NCBI GenBank assembly: GCA_964187785.1
Contig: OZ076411.1
Coordinates: 52,948,001-53,012,000 of the forward strand
DNA: 64,000 nt
Origin: Amphiscolops sp. MND2022
Lineage: Eukaryota
Reading direction: 5' to 3'
A model generated the notes under the pieces. That model had not been told where the DNA came from. It saw nothing but the letters and a program-made list of their open reading frames with translations, and did not search any database. Position numbers and translations under genes: made by a program. Positions 1 to 13,559 of the stretch are shown here, in pieces (the first letter of the stretch is position 1; every line of letters starts with the position of its first letter).

Positions 1-3000
1 GGAGCGTACTTGGAGGAGTTGTCGAACTATCCCGCGGTAAAAATGCACAGTTCTGATAGCATCGTTAGCTACGCATCAGTCATAACCAGTCTTGTCAGTG
101 TCTTTCAGTCCCTATCCTATGAAGCTGATCTGAAAAGTGCTTCGTTGTTGAATCTAGCTGTCAGTAAAATACCTCCAAATATAAAGGAGGATGGTCCCTG
201 CATACCGTTAAGAGGAACTTGCTTCGTCCGACATTGCTTGACTTCAATACATGGCTCCAAGAAAAAACCGAAGCTCATGAAAGGATGCGAACGATTTCAA
301 AGAAAGCTTCTGCGGAGGAGCAGCCCTCCAAGAAGCAGTTCCAAGAAAACAGCTTCAAAGGTTTTCGCATCGACTACAGAGCAACGAAAAATCACTAAAA
401 TCAGTACCTCTCAAGAACCCAGGAAGTCAGTCATTTGTCTTGTTTGCAAGGCTAATCATCCGCTGTGGAGATGCACTCTTTTCAAGGAAAAAACGGCAAC
501 ACAAAGATCAAAGATAGTAGCGGAAAACCAATTATGCTATTCCTGTTTTCAAGCAAACCACAGCGTCCACAGCCGGGAAAATGTACGAAGGACAGTTGCA
601 ACAGCAGACACAACACCCTGTTGCACGGTGCTGAAAGCGTATTTCTCAGCAAAGCGCGGGGCACGCCGCCAACTCGTAAAGACTCTAGTATCAATGTGAG
701 CAAGGCCGTGTCACCGCAATTAAAGAACGAGGCATCGTCTAGTTTTTCCTTTGTCACCGATGTCAAGGGACTTTTAGCTATCGTGAAAGTGAAGCTGTCT
801 TCGCGTAACGAATCAACAACTGCTTTGGCTATTTGCAACACTGCTTGTAGTCACACTTGGATAACTAGAGAGCTCGAGGACAGGCTGAAACTTAAAGGTA
901 ATCCGATCAAGGTCACTGTTAGCGGGATCAATGCACAGGAAACCGTTGATTCCGAAACGGTTGAATTGAAAGTGTCCAGTCTTTCAGGTAAAAACAATCA
1001 AGTTTATCATTGAAGCCATATGTGAAACGAAGGATCAATGTCGGATCTGACGTCTTTGATGTACCACCTCTTCAACGTCGATATCCACATCTCGCGCCAT
1101 TGCCAATGTGAGTTTGGAGCCGTATAGCTACGCCGATGTGGAGTTAGCTCGTGGTCAGGACGCTTTCGCAGCCATCCATCTGTTAGAGTACTTCGAAGCC
1201 GAATCGAAGAACTCGCCAATAGCTGTTCCTTTGCCGTTGGGATGGGTGCTTAGTGGTACGCTTCCATCAACAGCCTGTATGTTCTCGACCTGCTTTAAGG
1301 CTAATGTGGGAACTGAAAATATAACAGAACAAATCCCTGCTTGATGCGACATTGAATCTTTTGGCGCATCCAAGCAAATTGATCCGCGATCAGCTGCTGA
1401 TAACCGAGCCCTCAAGATTTTAGAAGAAACCACGTTCCATAATGGAGAACGATACCAAGTTGGGATGTTGTGGGCAACCGAAGAGCCCCTTCGCGACAAC
1501 TACTTTGCCGCATTAGTACAGCTCAAGTCGCTTGAGAAACGCCTTGAGAAAGACGTGGTACTGAACGAAAAGTATCAGAAAACGATTGATGATGATCTCG
1601 CTAATGGCTATATCATTGAAGTGCCTTCTTACGACCCAGCCAAGCGTACAACTCGTGAGTGGTGTCTCCCTCACCATCCGATTGTAAATCTGCATAAACC
1701 AGAGAACGTACGACGAGTCCTGAACGGAGCTTCAAAGTGTCAGAAACAATCGTTAAACAATGCTTTGTTTACTGGTCCAGACCTATTGCAGACCTTTTAC
1801 ACGTTTCAATCCGTTTCCGAGAGTTTCCTTTCGCCGTATCAGCAGACATTGAGATATGTTTCTGCAAGTCGGCGTCCTACCGGCCGACAAACCATCTCTC
1901 AGACTTTTGTGGCCGGAGGCCCCCACCAATAAAACTGTTGTGTATCAATACACACGGCATATTTTCGGGTCAAAAAAATCTCCAACGTGCACAAATTACG
2001 CGTTGCGCCGCACAGCATCTAATAATGAGACTTCGATCCGTGACGCAGCTCTTGCTGTCAATGAGAAATTTTACATGGATGATTATCTCGATTCATTGAA
2101 AACGCCGCAAGAATTGTTGAAACGTTCCCAAGCCCTAAAATTGCTATTGAGTAATTGAAAATTCAAAGTGACAAGGTTTGTTTGCAATGTCAAAGAGCTC
2201 GCTGATGAGTTGAATGGAAACACTGAGCCAAACGTGAAGCAAAACGAAACAAGAGGGTTTTCTGACACTCTAAGTAATTCTTCTCATGCCCTTGGCTTGA
2301 AGTGGGACAATTCATCCGACACGCTCATTATGAGTCGAGGAACCAGTCGAAACCCTCAAACACCGCTGACACAAAGGTCGGTCCTCAGTTTAGTTGCTTC
2401 AGTTTTCGATTCTCTAGGCTTGGTGGCACCATTTACAGTTAAAGCTCGTCGGTTACTGGAAGAAATCTGGCGTTTGTTCTGCCAAGAGTGGGACAACGAG
2501 CTCCCAGAGGAGATTGCTGGAAAAATAACTGAATGGACACTCGACTTACCGAAACTTTTAGACATAATCATTCCACATAGTTTTTTCCTCACGACAATGG
2601 GCAGAATCGAACTTCACATATTCAGCGATAGTTCACAGGAAGTGTTTAGCGCAGTTGCTCTCCTCCGTGGGTAACCTTTGGATCTGAACGAGACTTCGAC
2701 CCATTTGGCCTTCGTCTTAGGTAAGGCACGGGTTGCCCCAATGAAGATTTCGACCGTTTCGACGCTAGAGCTACAGGCCGCGCCACTAGCTGCTCGCTTA
2801 TCCAACGAAATTTATTCAGTGCTTACTACAGCGGTTGAGAAGACGTACTTGTGGACTGACAGCACAACGGTGCTGCAGTGGTTGAACTCCTTGGATAAAC
2901 AACCAATTTTTGTAGCAAATCGTGTCAGCGAATTATTGGAGCTAACCACAGCGGATCAGTGGAAGTACAATGCTACCTCCGACAATCCCGCTGACGCAGG

Positions 3001-4317
3001 TACAAGAAGTTTTTCCGCCGATGCACTGAAAGTTAGCAGTTGGTTCAACGGACCCGAATTACTGCGAACACCAGACTTTCCTTTCCAAGTTGATACAACT
3101 GTCTTGCAAAGTATCAGGAAAAAGGAAGTTGAACAGCAAGTTTTTGTGTCTGTTGTTACTAGTAAAGAATCGAAACCATTTTTTGATAGTTCGAAGCTCA
3201 CCGGGTACTCAAAATTTTTCTAATAATGGCTTACATTTTACGTCTTCTACCAAAACAACGCTAATTCTGCACTCAACAGCAAATCACTGACGCATTGGAG
3301 TTGAATTCGCAAAAAGAATCGTTCAGTGAGAAATACAAATGTCTCAGACAAGTGAACAGAAATGCCCATCTTGTCTCAGAAGAACGACGCACTTTCACCC
3401 CAAAATAATCGACACCCGTTATCGTGAATGGCCGAGATTGAACTGCTAATCTCTCCGGGGGCAAATCTGCCATCATTGATATCAAAGTTTGCGCTTTAAC
3501 GTTTCCTACACACGAGACAATTTGTTTTGCTTTTGCGAAGGAATCGACGTAGTTTCGAGACTGACCACACGTGCTGTACATCTAGAAATAGTTTCCTCGT
3601 TGGACACAAGTGCATGTAAGATGAGTATCGAACGCCTTATAGCACAACGTGGTACACCGTCGGTAATTTGGTCGGATAATGGTACCAATTTTGTGGGCGC
3701 GAAAAGAAGAAGTCTTTGCATCTATCAAAAACTGGAACGAACAAGCTCCTGGCATACTTGTTCACAAGAGAAAAACTTGAAAATTCAACCGACCGGCAAC
3801 ACCTCATCAGTGGGGATCTTGGGAACGGCTCGTCAGGAGTTGCGAGCGGATTTTTTACGCCATCTCAGGCAATCAAAAGGTTACTGAAGATGTTCTAGTC
3901 ACTACCTTTTGTCTAGTAGAACAAACCCTCAACGCTCGCCCATTGACGCCTGTCAGTTCGGACCCCTGTGACTTTGATGCGCTGTGCCCAAACCATTTTC
4001 GACTCGGTTGACCCAGGTCATGTTTACCGTCGATAAGTCCCTCCATTGATGACTTTGACCACCAAAAAAGATTCGCTAGAGCTCAGGCTTAAATGGCATT
4101 CAGATTCCAGTCAACACTTGAAACTTTGTGACATGGTATGGATTGTGAATCCTACCCATCCTCGCGGATACTATTCCACTGCGAGAGTTGAATCACTCAT
4201 CTACGGCCCGGACGGTATTGCGCGATCAGCGAACTTGAAAACTAAAAATACTCGCAATACGAGACCATTAGTCAAACTAGCCCCCCTGTTCAAACCGTGT
4301 TCTTCCAGAGCGGAGAA
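1..4317 (+). mobile_element. BEL/Pao LTR retrotransposon 1, internal gag-pol region, degraded (frameshifts and stops); 5' end lies outside the window
   Basis: ORF fragments in BEL order: Gag with Cys-rich knuckles (CLVCKANHPLWRC, CYSCFQANH); protease-like region; RT (WCLPHHPIV, LNNALFTGPDLLQ, FYMDDYLDS); Pao RNase H (ELHIFSDSSQE, KARVAPMK, LELQAA, WTDSTTVLQW, NPADAGTR); integrase (PFTITGVDYFG, AVHLEIV, VIWSDNGTNFVGA); C-terminal region (RPLVKLAPLF). Purine tract gagcggagaa lies directly before TGTTG. Confidence 0.95.
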
Positions 4318-4600
4318 TGTTGACAATTGCTTGTCAACAATCGGAGACTTTTCATGATAATACACGCACAATGAACTGAATTGTGTTCACGCAAAATGTA
4401 CTAGTTCTAAAGCTACCATGGCGCAGAAGTAGAATCGGTGCCTCCCGAGCGTGTTGATGGGGTTCGATCCCTGCCGGGGGCTGCTTTCAGAAAAACCTTT
4501 TTTTTTGGTTTTGCGCCTCGCATGTTATGTAATTCGTCCTTTTGTCCTCTGTACGCCTTTCATTCATTTAATTACCGTATTTGTATGCATTGCATAATTA
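4318..4600 (+). repeat. Start of the 3' LTR of BEL element 1 (right end not determined)
   Basis: TGTTG follows the purine tract right after the integrase C-terminus. The first 22 nt form a hairpin, tgttgacaa-ttgc-ttgtcaaca. The 5' LTR is outside the window, so the extent cannot be confirmed. Confidence 0.55.
4412..4491 (+). pseudogene. tRNA-like sequence (degenerate tRNA or SINE head; anticodon loop possibly CCC/Gly)
   Basis: A-box tggcgcagaagtag and B-box ggttcgatccc. 5' gctacca partly pairs with 3' cgggggc in acceptor-stem geometry. Followed by a T-run at ~4498-4506. Confidence 0.55.
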
Positions 4601-7542
4601 AATGTCTTCATTTTGTTACCACATGTTTCGTTCGGAAAAAAATTTGTATGAAAGTAAGGTTGTAAAAAACATTGTCATATACCTTTCGTATACCTTATTC
4701 ATTCATCTTTACAACTCAAGTCTCAAAACAGTTTTTCGTTTAAAACTCCCGTTTTCATCTACCCAAGCCGTGACAGACAGAGACGAGATCTTTTGGTGCT
4801 GCGACCCGGGATCACCTTTAGATGACCCTCAGCATCATTATGTCTATCCATTCCATTAAGATTAATATCATAGGATGAATTTACGTTTAGAGGAGTATAA
4901 TTATAGTTAGTAACTGCACCTAAAGCTATCACGATTCGTCTTTGTATGCTCTTTTGCCTGTAATTGAGTACGTCGATGTTGGTCACGTGACCACATCGAC
5001 CAATCACATCGCTGCATTATGATGGTGGTAATTCGCACCTTTGCTGGTATTTGCTCAATTTGAGTCTAAATCTGGTTTTGCATCGAAATACGTTGTAGTC
5101 TCGCGTTACGTGACTCACTGATTATTATACTTTTTTGGTATTGTAAGGTATTTACGTTGCTATCATTGTATAATGCAATAGTTAGTATACGTGTTAATCA
5201 TGTGGATAACTGCATTGAAGTTGAAATGAAATCTGGTGATGGAGTGTTATCCACATTACGTGCACGAATAACTGCTGCATTGAAATTGAATTGAAATCTG
5301 ATGATGATGTGTCATCCACAATACGTACATAAATAACTATTGTCAATTGATTGTGTAAAATGCATGGATTATTGCTGGAAAGAGCCTAGACATTTGGAAA
5401 CTAAAAATGAATGATGCATTTGAAATGTTTGAGTTTAGGTTTTATGATGTGGTTCAGTTGACTACATTCTCCACATGTAATTACTTATAATTTTCAGGAT
5501 GCTTCGTAGTTCATCACAACTTTGTTTGGAATTCTCATGCGTGAGGCGTGACAGTATGTAAAAGAACACCACCACCCCTTTGTTGAGAAATACTTGTCCG
5601 GTCGAGCTGAACTTTGTCATGTCTATACTAGAGACGTTGATAAAATTTTCAAATTAGAGCACCTGATGTTGTACCTCCCCCCGGCCCCGGTCTATTAGCA
5701 TTGGAAATGACCAAGGTCCACTCGCTATGAACTCGTCGGCCAAGCACGGAAGTCTAATTACACATGGAATCGATAGCTCGAAGAATATTAGGCCGTTTGC
5801 AAGAAATTTTGGAGCTGCTTTGGAGCAGCAGGGACACCATGTAAGGGTTCCTAGGTATTGTACATGAACGATACATTAGTCGGCCCTTAGCGCGCGGATT
5901 ATTATTTGTTCGAGGCACTCGGGACCGGACGCGGGGGCCGGACAGAATGTAAGTATTTGAACATGGCTTGTAATACCCCAAACGACCTGGAATACTGATT
6001 GTAATTGACTACTAACGTGAATTAAGTTGTATTTGTAACCACCCATGCGGGGTAACAGCCTTAAGTAAACAAACCATACGCATATCATGTAATTTGTGAA
6101 GCCTTGACCCTAGAATTATCTAACTTGGTATGTAACAACCTTGGATGATAACAAATAACTTCAAGGTCACAGATCGACCTCAAGGTCATTTCAGGAGCGG
6201 TTTTTGGAAAATATGGAAAACGTAACAGAAATCACATCAATTAGCGTATTTGTGTGATAACTTACGCATTTCAGTTAGGCGAGAAAAAGACTAATCAAGT
6301 CTCAAACTCAGACTAATCAAAAAATACCCTTTACACGTAGATAACATGTGACTCATGCGTTTGAAGTTGTTTTGAAGCGATTCTCTCGACAATAGAAATA
6401 TCTAAGGTGACTTGAATTCTTATCGAAATGTGAATTTCGTACGACTTTTTTTGTAGAGCTATTTGTCGTTGGCGGCAAAGATTGGGTGGTCGAAGTATAA
6501 CTAAAGGCGTTGTCATGTCATAAAAAGGACTAAGTAAACATGAAGTTAAAAGCATGCGAAATTAGTACACCGACGCCCTACAATGAAATACCAATAACGA
6601 GGCGGAATTAGAAATTACTGGAAGTGACACAACTGAGTTAGAGAGCTACAAGCAAGTTGAGCCTCAAAACGGGGGAAAGAAACTTGGCTTCGTTAAAAGA
6701 ACTGGTTCGTGGTTAGCTCTGGTAGCTAGAGATAGACATTTTACCAGTCAAGTACTTGTGTTTCGCGCTTCGATTTAGTTGGCTGAATCGTTAAAATTGT
6801 TAGATTGGTGTTAAAGAACTCGAATTGACTTTCTTTATTGAAAGTAATTCGATTATTGCTCCATCTTCCTTAGTCAGTTCAACAGTGCTGAATAACTTGA
6901 GTGCTGTAGAGACTTCGCAGAAGTGAGAATACGATAGAAATAACAGAACTTACTCACCAAAAGCAAAACCTTTGTGTTAAGGTTAAATTCTTGGGGAACC
7001 TCTCCACCCTCAAAATCTACGTTTTCTACATTGCAGTACAACGTGTGTTGATCTCTTGAATCAGTTTTTGGATCAAACCAACAACTTAAGTTTACCAAAT
7101 GTTTCATGGAACCTGCAGCATAGTTATTTGTCACACTTCAGTCATTCAAAAGGAGGACCCTGTTTTCTGTTTGGAAACTTTAGACAGAAAAGGTTTTCAA
7201 AACATGCTTGTAGAATCCAGCTTGAGAATGTTCAATAAATTGTTTATATTTGCTTTCAAATGAAACTTTGAAAAGGAAACAAAACAATCAAAACCCGAAT
7301 CGAACAAAATCTTTTCATAATCCATGTAGAGAATCTCCCGAGAAGAAGAAAAGCGATCTTTGAGGAAACATTTTTGGTCATGATTTAAGGAAAAAAGTTG
7401 GTTGATTTTCAGTTTCTCAGCGAGGCTTAACCAAGCGGAATCATTTCAAACTCACAAATGCACGTGCATCGAATGATCTAACTTCCACACTGGTTGATAA
7501 ATGGGACAGTTCATTAGCGTTACAAATGTCCATCGTTTTTTA

Positions 7543-7786
7543 AAGCAGCAGGGTATTAAAATCTGCCGCAATAATTGAATACAAGAACTTCGTTGCAAAA
7601 ACGGAAGAAAAGAGACTTACTTTCCAGATGAGCTGTAGATGAGTTTTAAGTGTAGTTTGCACTCGAGTGCAAACTACACTTAAAACTCATCTACAGCTCA
7701 TCTGGAAAGTAAGTCTCTTTTCTTCCGTTTTTGCAACGAAGTTCTTGTATTCAATTATTGCGGCAGATTGTAATACCCTGCTGCTT
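7543..7786. repeat. 244-bp spacer-less palindrome
   Basis: Arms 7543-7664 and 7665-7786 are reverse complements centred on CTC|GAG, with one mismatch seen (7559). Confidence 0.97.
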
Positions 7787-9355
7787 GCTTTATTAATTGA
7801 GACCAACTCGCCCCTGATTTTCTACCTTCAACTTCTCCGCATACTTACCTGTTGTGATATTAGCTGCACTAACTTGCTTTTATCCATAACGTTGTAATCC
7901 CATCGCTGAGAAAATTGACTGGTGCGTCGGAACCCAATTCTGCATTGACATTCACACCAAAATTTCATTCCTGAGCAAGCATCTAAAAAACTTAAACCAG
8001 AAATCACAGTTTACGAAACCCTTGAAAAGTTTTAGGCACTTTTTTCTCGATTGATCCAATGACAGGACCAAACAGGCCATTCAATGGTTCTATGGTTTAC
8101 GAAAATAGAACAATCTGATGTGAATTTCTGTGAAAGCATAGTGAAAATGTATAAAGTTTTGAAAAAGAGCTTCTTTGTGGATATAATTGGGTGCTTCCTC
8201 GGTTCGCCGTGCGCTTTTAATGTTGCAAGCTATCAATTGATATTTTGCAGCAATAATAACGCAAGAATAACTGTCAGAGCGCCTTTCTCCACACAAGCTA
8301 ATGAACTAACCAGAGAAAGGGTCCTTTGAAAAAGGCGTCAAACCTGATTATAACACCAACTTTGAACTCTACCAATCACCTATTTTACTAGACTTCAAAT
8401 AGTTTCAACTTTTGATGCGCGGGCGATTGTTAGGGTTCATGGAGCTTATGTTTTTAAAATGACTAGTTGATATTTCTAAAAAGAAAAAAATATAAGAAAG
8501 TCAAAACTTAAGTTAAATATTTCCTAAAGGAACAAAATTGTGAACAAGTGAAGAAACGAACAGTAACTTACATTTAGCTGGCTGGAAGAAATTATGGCTT
8601 CGATAATATTGTTTTCGAACACAGTTCTGCAGGTGCAGGTCGCTAATCAATAATAAATTCGGCACTAAAGGAAACTCTGCTTACGATAAATATGAACAGC
8701 CGAAACTTTGCATAAAGAAATAGGAGGTTTTCAATAAATGGGCAGCTGAATTTCAATTAAAAAAGATGGGGCGGCTGAAGTTGAATGAGACTGAATTCGA
8801 GGCAGCTGTATTTGAAATGCGAACACGATGCTTTTCAATCTTTCTGTTGCGTAATGCCTGGATGTGAGTCAAAGTAATAGTTTACTTCCTATTTGCTATG
8901 CTGTATGTCTGCTACAAAACCAAAAAAACTGGATCTGTCATCAATTTCGAAAGACTTTTGCAAAAAGAAGACATTATTTCCAAAATTGTTTCTCTTGAAA
9001 AAACAGAACTGTCAAACAGGGCCTTTAACTAAACAGAATAAAGACTCACCTGCTGTTGTCCGTCGGCTGGGTGAAAGTGACCCAATTCACTGATAAGGAT
9101 TCACACGTAGAGAATCCGGACTCGTGATCAAATAACGTTGATACTGCCAATAACACTTTTTTGTGCACGCACTTATTTTGTGGCCAGGGTTGCTAAGAAG
9201 ATTGCAAGGATGAAATAGAGGTTGCCAAAAGCTGCTAACAAAAGTCCCTGATGAAATTCCAATCAGCTGAGGTGTCTATAGAGATCAGAATGAATCACAA
9301 CCTGGACAAAAATGAATTTCGTAGTGATAATGGCATTAACTCAAGTTCATGTACA

Positions 9356-9440
9356 GACAAAAGCGCCCCAGACAAAAGCGCCCCAGTCAAAAGCGCCCAA
9401 AATACGCAGTCAAAAGCACCCCAGTCATAAGCGCACAAAT
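9356..9440 (+). repeat. Short tandem repeat of ~15-bp caaaagcgcccca-type units
   Basis: gacaaaagcgcccca gacaaaagcgcccca gtcaaaagcgccc ... gtcaaaagcacccca gtcataagcgcac; resembles the motif-built MITE arms seen at 42-53 kb. Confidence 0.8.
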
Positions 9441-10129
9441 CAAAGACTACAGAGGGTTTGCTGACTCCTTTCCACCACCAATTTTAAGTTCCTCGCCCTT
9501 GCCATGTTGAATGATTAATCCGGAAACTCGACAACTTTCATATTTTGGAGGTCTTTGCAAATGAAATGTTGGGTTTGTTTAAGGTCAGTTTGCCTCTCAG
9601 ACTCATCAAACCGCTTGGTTAGATATTGAAATTACAAGTGTATCAGATAAAATTTGTAATACTTTGCAAACCTTGTTCGCAGTTAGCTTCTTGAAAAGAC
9701 ACAGTTTTATCAAGTTGCGATGCAAAACAGACAATATATCCATGTTCGTAAATAAACTGATTGCAAAGGACGGGATCTGACCTCTCCACATTTCAACATA
9801 GCTCAGTGAAGGCCAACCGTGGCGGAACTCAAGCAAGATGCCGGGCCTTTGCTGACTCATCGACCGCATTCGGCGTCAACATCACTAGAGGTGAAATGTT
9901 TGGCCTTGCCAAGAATCAGTGCACAACTCCTTTTGAACTCCCACAGGTTCCACCTTGAATAAGAAAAGTAGATCTACCAAGGTGTAGGTCAGATCGTTAC
10001 CGCCCCATGACAGTCCCCTGTAAAATTGCATTTAGCTCTTCAATTTGTCCTTTCTTCAAGAACTAGAAAACTTCGTAGTCACATCAAAACAAAGTGAATA
10101 TGTGAAAAATGTGTGTAACGTCAGCCACT

Positions 10130-10820
10130 GGCATGACGAAATTTCGATGAAAAATTCGAAATGCGCGATATCAAAATTGTACAATAAAAACGGCCGACCT
10201 AGCAGGTGCGGGAAAATAAACAAAAAAGCAGCCACACGAAAACAGAGCAAAAAAGCACGAGAGCAAAAGAAGGAGATCAGAGAAGACAAGCGTGAAAAAG
10301 AACGAGATGATATCGAAAGACTTAGAACAGACAGAGTGTTGTGCCATCTCTCTGGGAAAATGCCCGAAGCGACAGAACAACGCCAGAGGCAAGAACCGAT
10401 AACCGACACCGAACTGTAACTGTACACTTTATTGGGGCCTATTTCCACCTTTTTTACTGATTATGGAGTGCTTGGACTATGTCTGACCTAGTAGGTCTTT
10501 ATTTCAATATCCAATTTCCAAACACAATGTATTTCAGTTAGACACCTTTTTGGATCTCGGAAGTATGTAGGGGGTTGCGGGAACACGCTACAAACCTTAG
10601 AAATCGTTTTTACAGGCTTGTGGGACGGATTTTGAGAGTGCCGGCACGTCGCCTCAGAGCTCTAACTAGAGGAGCCTCCTTAGACGGAAGAAAAGTCCCC
10701 CTAGGAGACCATTTTGGGAATAAAAACCAGTGTTTAGGAGTGTAGTAAGACAATGGTCTCCTGTTTAAGCACCCTAGGCATTTTCCCTCTTCCTAGATGT
10801 GCGCCGCTAGCCGGACGTTA
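10130..10820 (+). repeat. Fragment of a diverged interspersed repeat family (also at 13560-15040 inverted and 19250-21260)
   Basis: Shared blocks such as aagtatgtag, acaggcttgtggg, gagctctaa..gaggagcctcct, aagtcc, gtctcctgt, gacgttaca, and ggccgacct.gcaggt (encoding GRP.R) are found again near 19.3 kb and 19.7-20.0 kb. Confidence 0.7.
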
Positions 10821-11090
10821 CAGTGGAATGCTCAAAAATGTTTGTGGAAACTAGAAAAAGTTTTGTGGCTTCCACAGATTTGATTTGTGGATTCGACAGA
10901 ATTGATTTGTGTAATCCACAACACGTGTGTGGATTTCACAAAGTGTTTTTTTGTGGAATTCACACAACATGTATTAACATTATTATGTGGATTCCACACA
11001 TATACTTACAATTCCTCCACACTTTTGTGGAATTCACAAAAACCAATGGTTTATCATTATACTCTGAATTTGAGGAAAACACCACTTGGC
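10821..11090. mobile_element. MITE-like element built of repeated palindromic tgtggaattcaca-type motifs
   Basis: About 8 copies of gtgg(a/g)(a/t)t(t/c)caca; imperfect terminal inverted repeats cagtgg...ccacttg; no TSD found. Confidence 0.45.
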
Positions 11091-12654
11091 ATGGTAATGT
11101 AGCCATCATTGTGGTAGGTAACGAATTGAAAACTGCATTGAATTGAAAAGTCTCGGCTTCATCGGTTTTTGTGTCTAAAAATTGTTGAAAGTTGGTTAGA
11201 AATGTTAGTTTTTCGCAGCATACCTGCTTATTTGCTCAGATATGATTCTTCGATTGCAAAATTTTAGCTCATCAAAACCACGAGGAAGTTTGCCAAACCT
11301 CTAGACAAACCATCGAGTTTTTTAATCTAATAGTTTTGCTCTCTGTCGATATTCCATTTTTTGATAACGGTATCAGCTTCATGTTACTGGTTTGCTGATA
11401 TCTAGTGATTAACTGATCCTGCCTGTGAGTTGATTGGACAAAAGTTCGGCTTGATTTTAGATATTTGAAAGTTCCTGCTTCAACCGCTTTTTTTGGCCGA
11501 AACATCGTTGAAATTTTGTTAGAAACTGTCGTTTCCTGAAGCACTTTTTGCCATTTGAGAAAATCTAACAGCCAAAATTTGTTTCCTTGTCGAGCGTAAC
11601 ATTGGAACAGGGACTACAAGATGCGAAGTTTTACAGAGATAACATTTCAGTTTTCAGTGATCTTTGGCCAAATAGTAAGGAGAACGTCGATGCCTTCCAA
11701 CCGCCTTGTTTTGATGGTTTTATAGTAAAAAGTCTCTGTAGTACGTTTTACTAAAGATGGCTTGCTGAAAAAGTTTGTGCACCTTGAATGCTTACCTGTT
11801 AGTTTGTGAGAACATTTCGAGACCCTTTAAATCATTTAGAACAATATCAATAAATGGGCATACTGCAGGTTTATCAAATTTTTGCTTTGTGTCTTGAATT
11901 TATCGTCATATTGTTGTTTTCAGCGTTTTGGTTTTTGGCTTTCACCGCTGCTTTCCATTGTAGTTTATCTAAATCTCTAATTGTGTTGACTTGTAGTGTA
12001 TTGCCGCCGCCTGCAATCTTAACTATAACTTGAACGGCACAGTTTCGAGTTGTAGTACCCCATTGCTTGCTTTCTGCCTGGAGTTTGAAGATACTGTCAG
12101 CTTTTGTTATACGCTCTTTCATGAAATGAGAGTTGTCAAATTGCGGGTTTTAATAGAACTCCAGCATTTTGTTTCGCAACCAAACTTTATCTTTGAATCC
12201 AAAATATAAAAACCTGACAACAATCAGTGGATGATCTGGCTCGTATTTGTTGGGTGTCAATGGATGTACAGCACAAAAACCGTACAGGCACACTCAAAAC
12301 ATCGGTGAAGAAATCGCAAGACATTTGATAAAGAGTACAATGGAAAGTAATCGAAGGTTGTTGATGATGATATAATTTTTGTAGGATTTCCGTACATGAG
12401 CAATAATTTGTGATTTTTGCTCCAGGGTAACCATACGTAGTTGATTCGACAATAGTTCACATTCCAAAACAATTCACTTTTGTCCGATAGTATTCGGTTT
12501 TGTTTTGGAGCAGTGGCATTGTTATTTATTCACGGCAATCTCACATGATTTTGGAGCAAAACTGGGGCTAAGATTTTTCCACGAGTAGTGACAGGAGCGT
12601 GACCAAAATTACCCTACTAGCGTAACTTTTTGCGCTCTACACGATGGTGCAGTC

Positions 12655-13515
12655 CGTTTTTAGTCGGCGCTTTTATTATTAAAAGAGCCCGACTATTACA
12701 GTCACTCGTTTTTTTTCTTTTTTTCAAGACAGACTCCAAGCGACGAACGTTAATTAACTACTGAACGTTAATTTACTACTAAACTACTGGACCGGCAAAC
12801 GAACAAGAAGCGCATTTAAGATAGCGCAAAGGGTCCCCCATTTCAGTTACTCCATTTTTATCGTAAGATACAAAACCGGACGAGACTATAGGGTCGTTTG
12901 AGTTTTTTTCGGCATTGTGCGACTTTTTTCGGAAATATTTTTGTCTCCAAAGGGTCCCCCTTTGGATTTTTGATGTTTTGCAGCAAACTGAAATTTCAAA
13001 AAGGCCAAACGGTCCCCCTTCTAAATTTTTCGGCACTATGAGATTGTTGGACGTTACCTACAAAATCGGACGAGACTAAAGGGTCCCCCTTTCATTTTTT
13101 TGGCACTGTGCGACTTTTTTTCGAAACTTTTTTGGTCTCCAAAGGGCCCCCCTTGAAGTTTCGTGATATTTTGCAGCAAACTGAAGTTTCAAAAAGCCCA
13201 AGGGGTCCCCCTCCTAAATTTTTCGGCACTAGGAGACTGTTTCAAAATTCTCACTTTTCGATTTTTCTTTTTTTTCAACAACTTTTTCGAAAACTTGGAG
13301 AATTTTGTAATCTCTCCAAAAAGTCCCCATCCAATTTTTTAAACATTGTGCATCAAACTGGATTTTCAAGAAGCCCAAATGGACCCCTTTTTACAATTTT
13401 TGGCATTGAGATTTTTTAAAAAAATTATTTTTCGTCCGAAAAAAATTTTCAAGCTCCCAAAAACTTTGCGCTGTTTGAGCCTTAGATATATTGCGGACTT
13501 TAAACGTTCCCGTCT
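12655..13515. mobile_element. Non-autonomous element with internal ~60-65-bp minisatellite (Helentron-associated/HINE-like, by inference)
   Basis: About 9 units beginning aagggtccccc (12829, 12950, 13008, 13079, 13142, 13201, 13321, 13378); terminal hairpin agtcggcgctttt-attatt-aaaagagcccgact at ~12662; ends cgttcccgtctttt. Confidence 0.45.
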
Positions 13516-13559
13516 TTTTAGCTATTCCTACGAGAAGAGATTTTGACTTGTCCAAAGAA

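Noticed and set aside
5207-5335. Two ~63-bp diverged direct repeats
   Set aside because: Ordinary local duplication, possibly within the BEL-1 LTR.
5685-5945. GC-rich patch with partial inverted ends (ccggccccggtc / gaccgg...gggggccgg)
   Set aside because: The match is too short and imperfect, with no TSD, so it cannot be classified.
6874-7145. Possible host exon ending at a gtgagt donor (MKHLVNLSCWFDP...)
   Set aside because: The upstream ATG is out of frame, there is no convincing acceptor or next exon, and no recognisable family.
11270-12470. Minus-strand ORF fragments as a MULE transposase
   Set aside because: Only a weak WGTTTRN motif, with no DDE core recognised.
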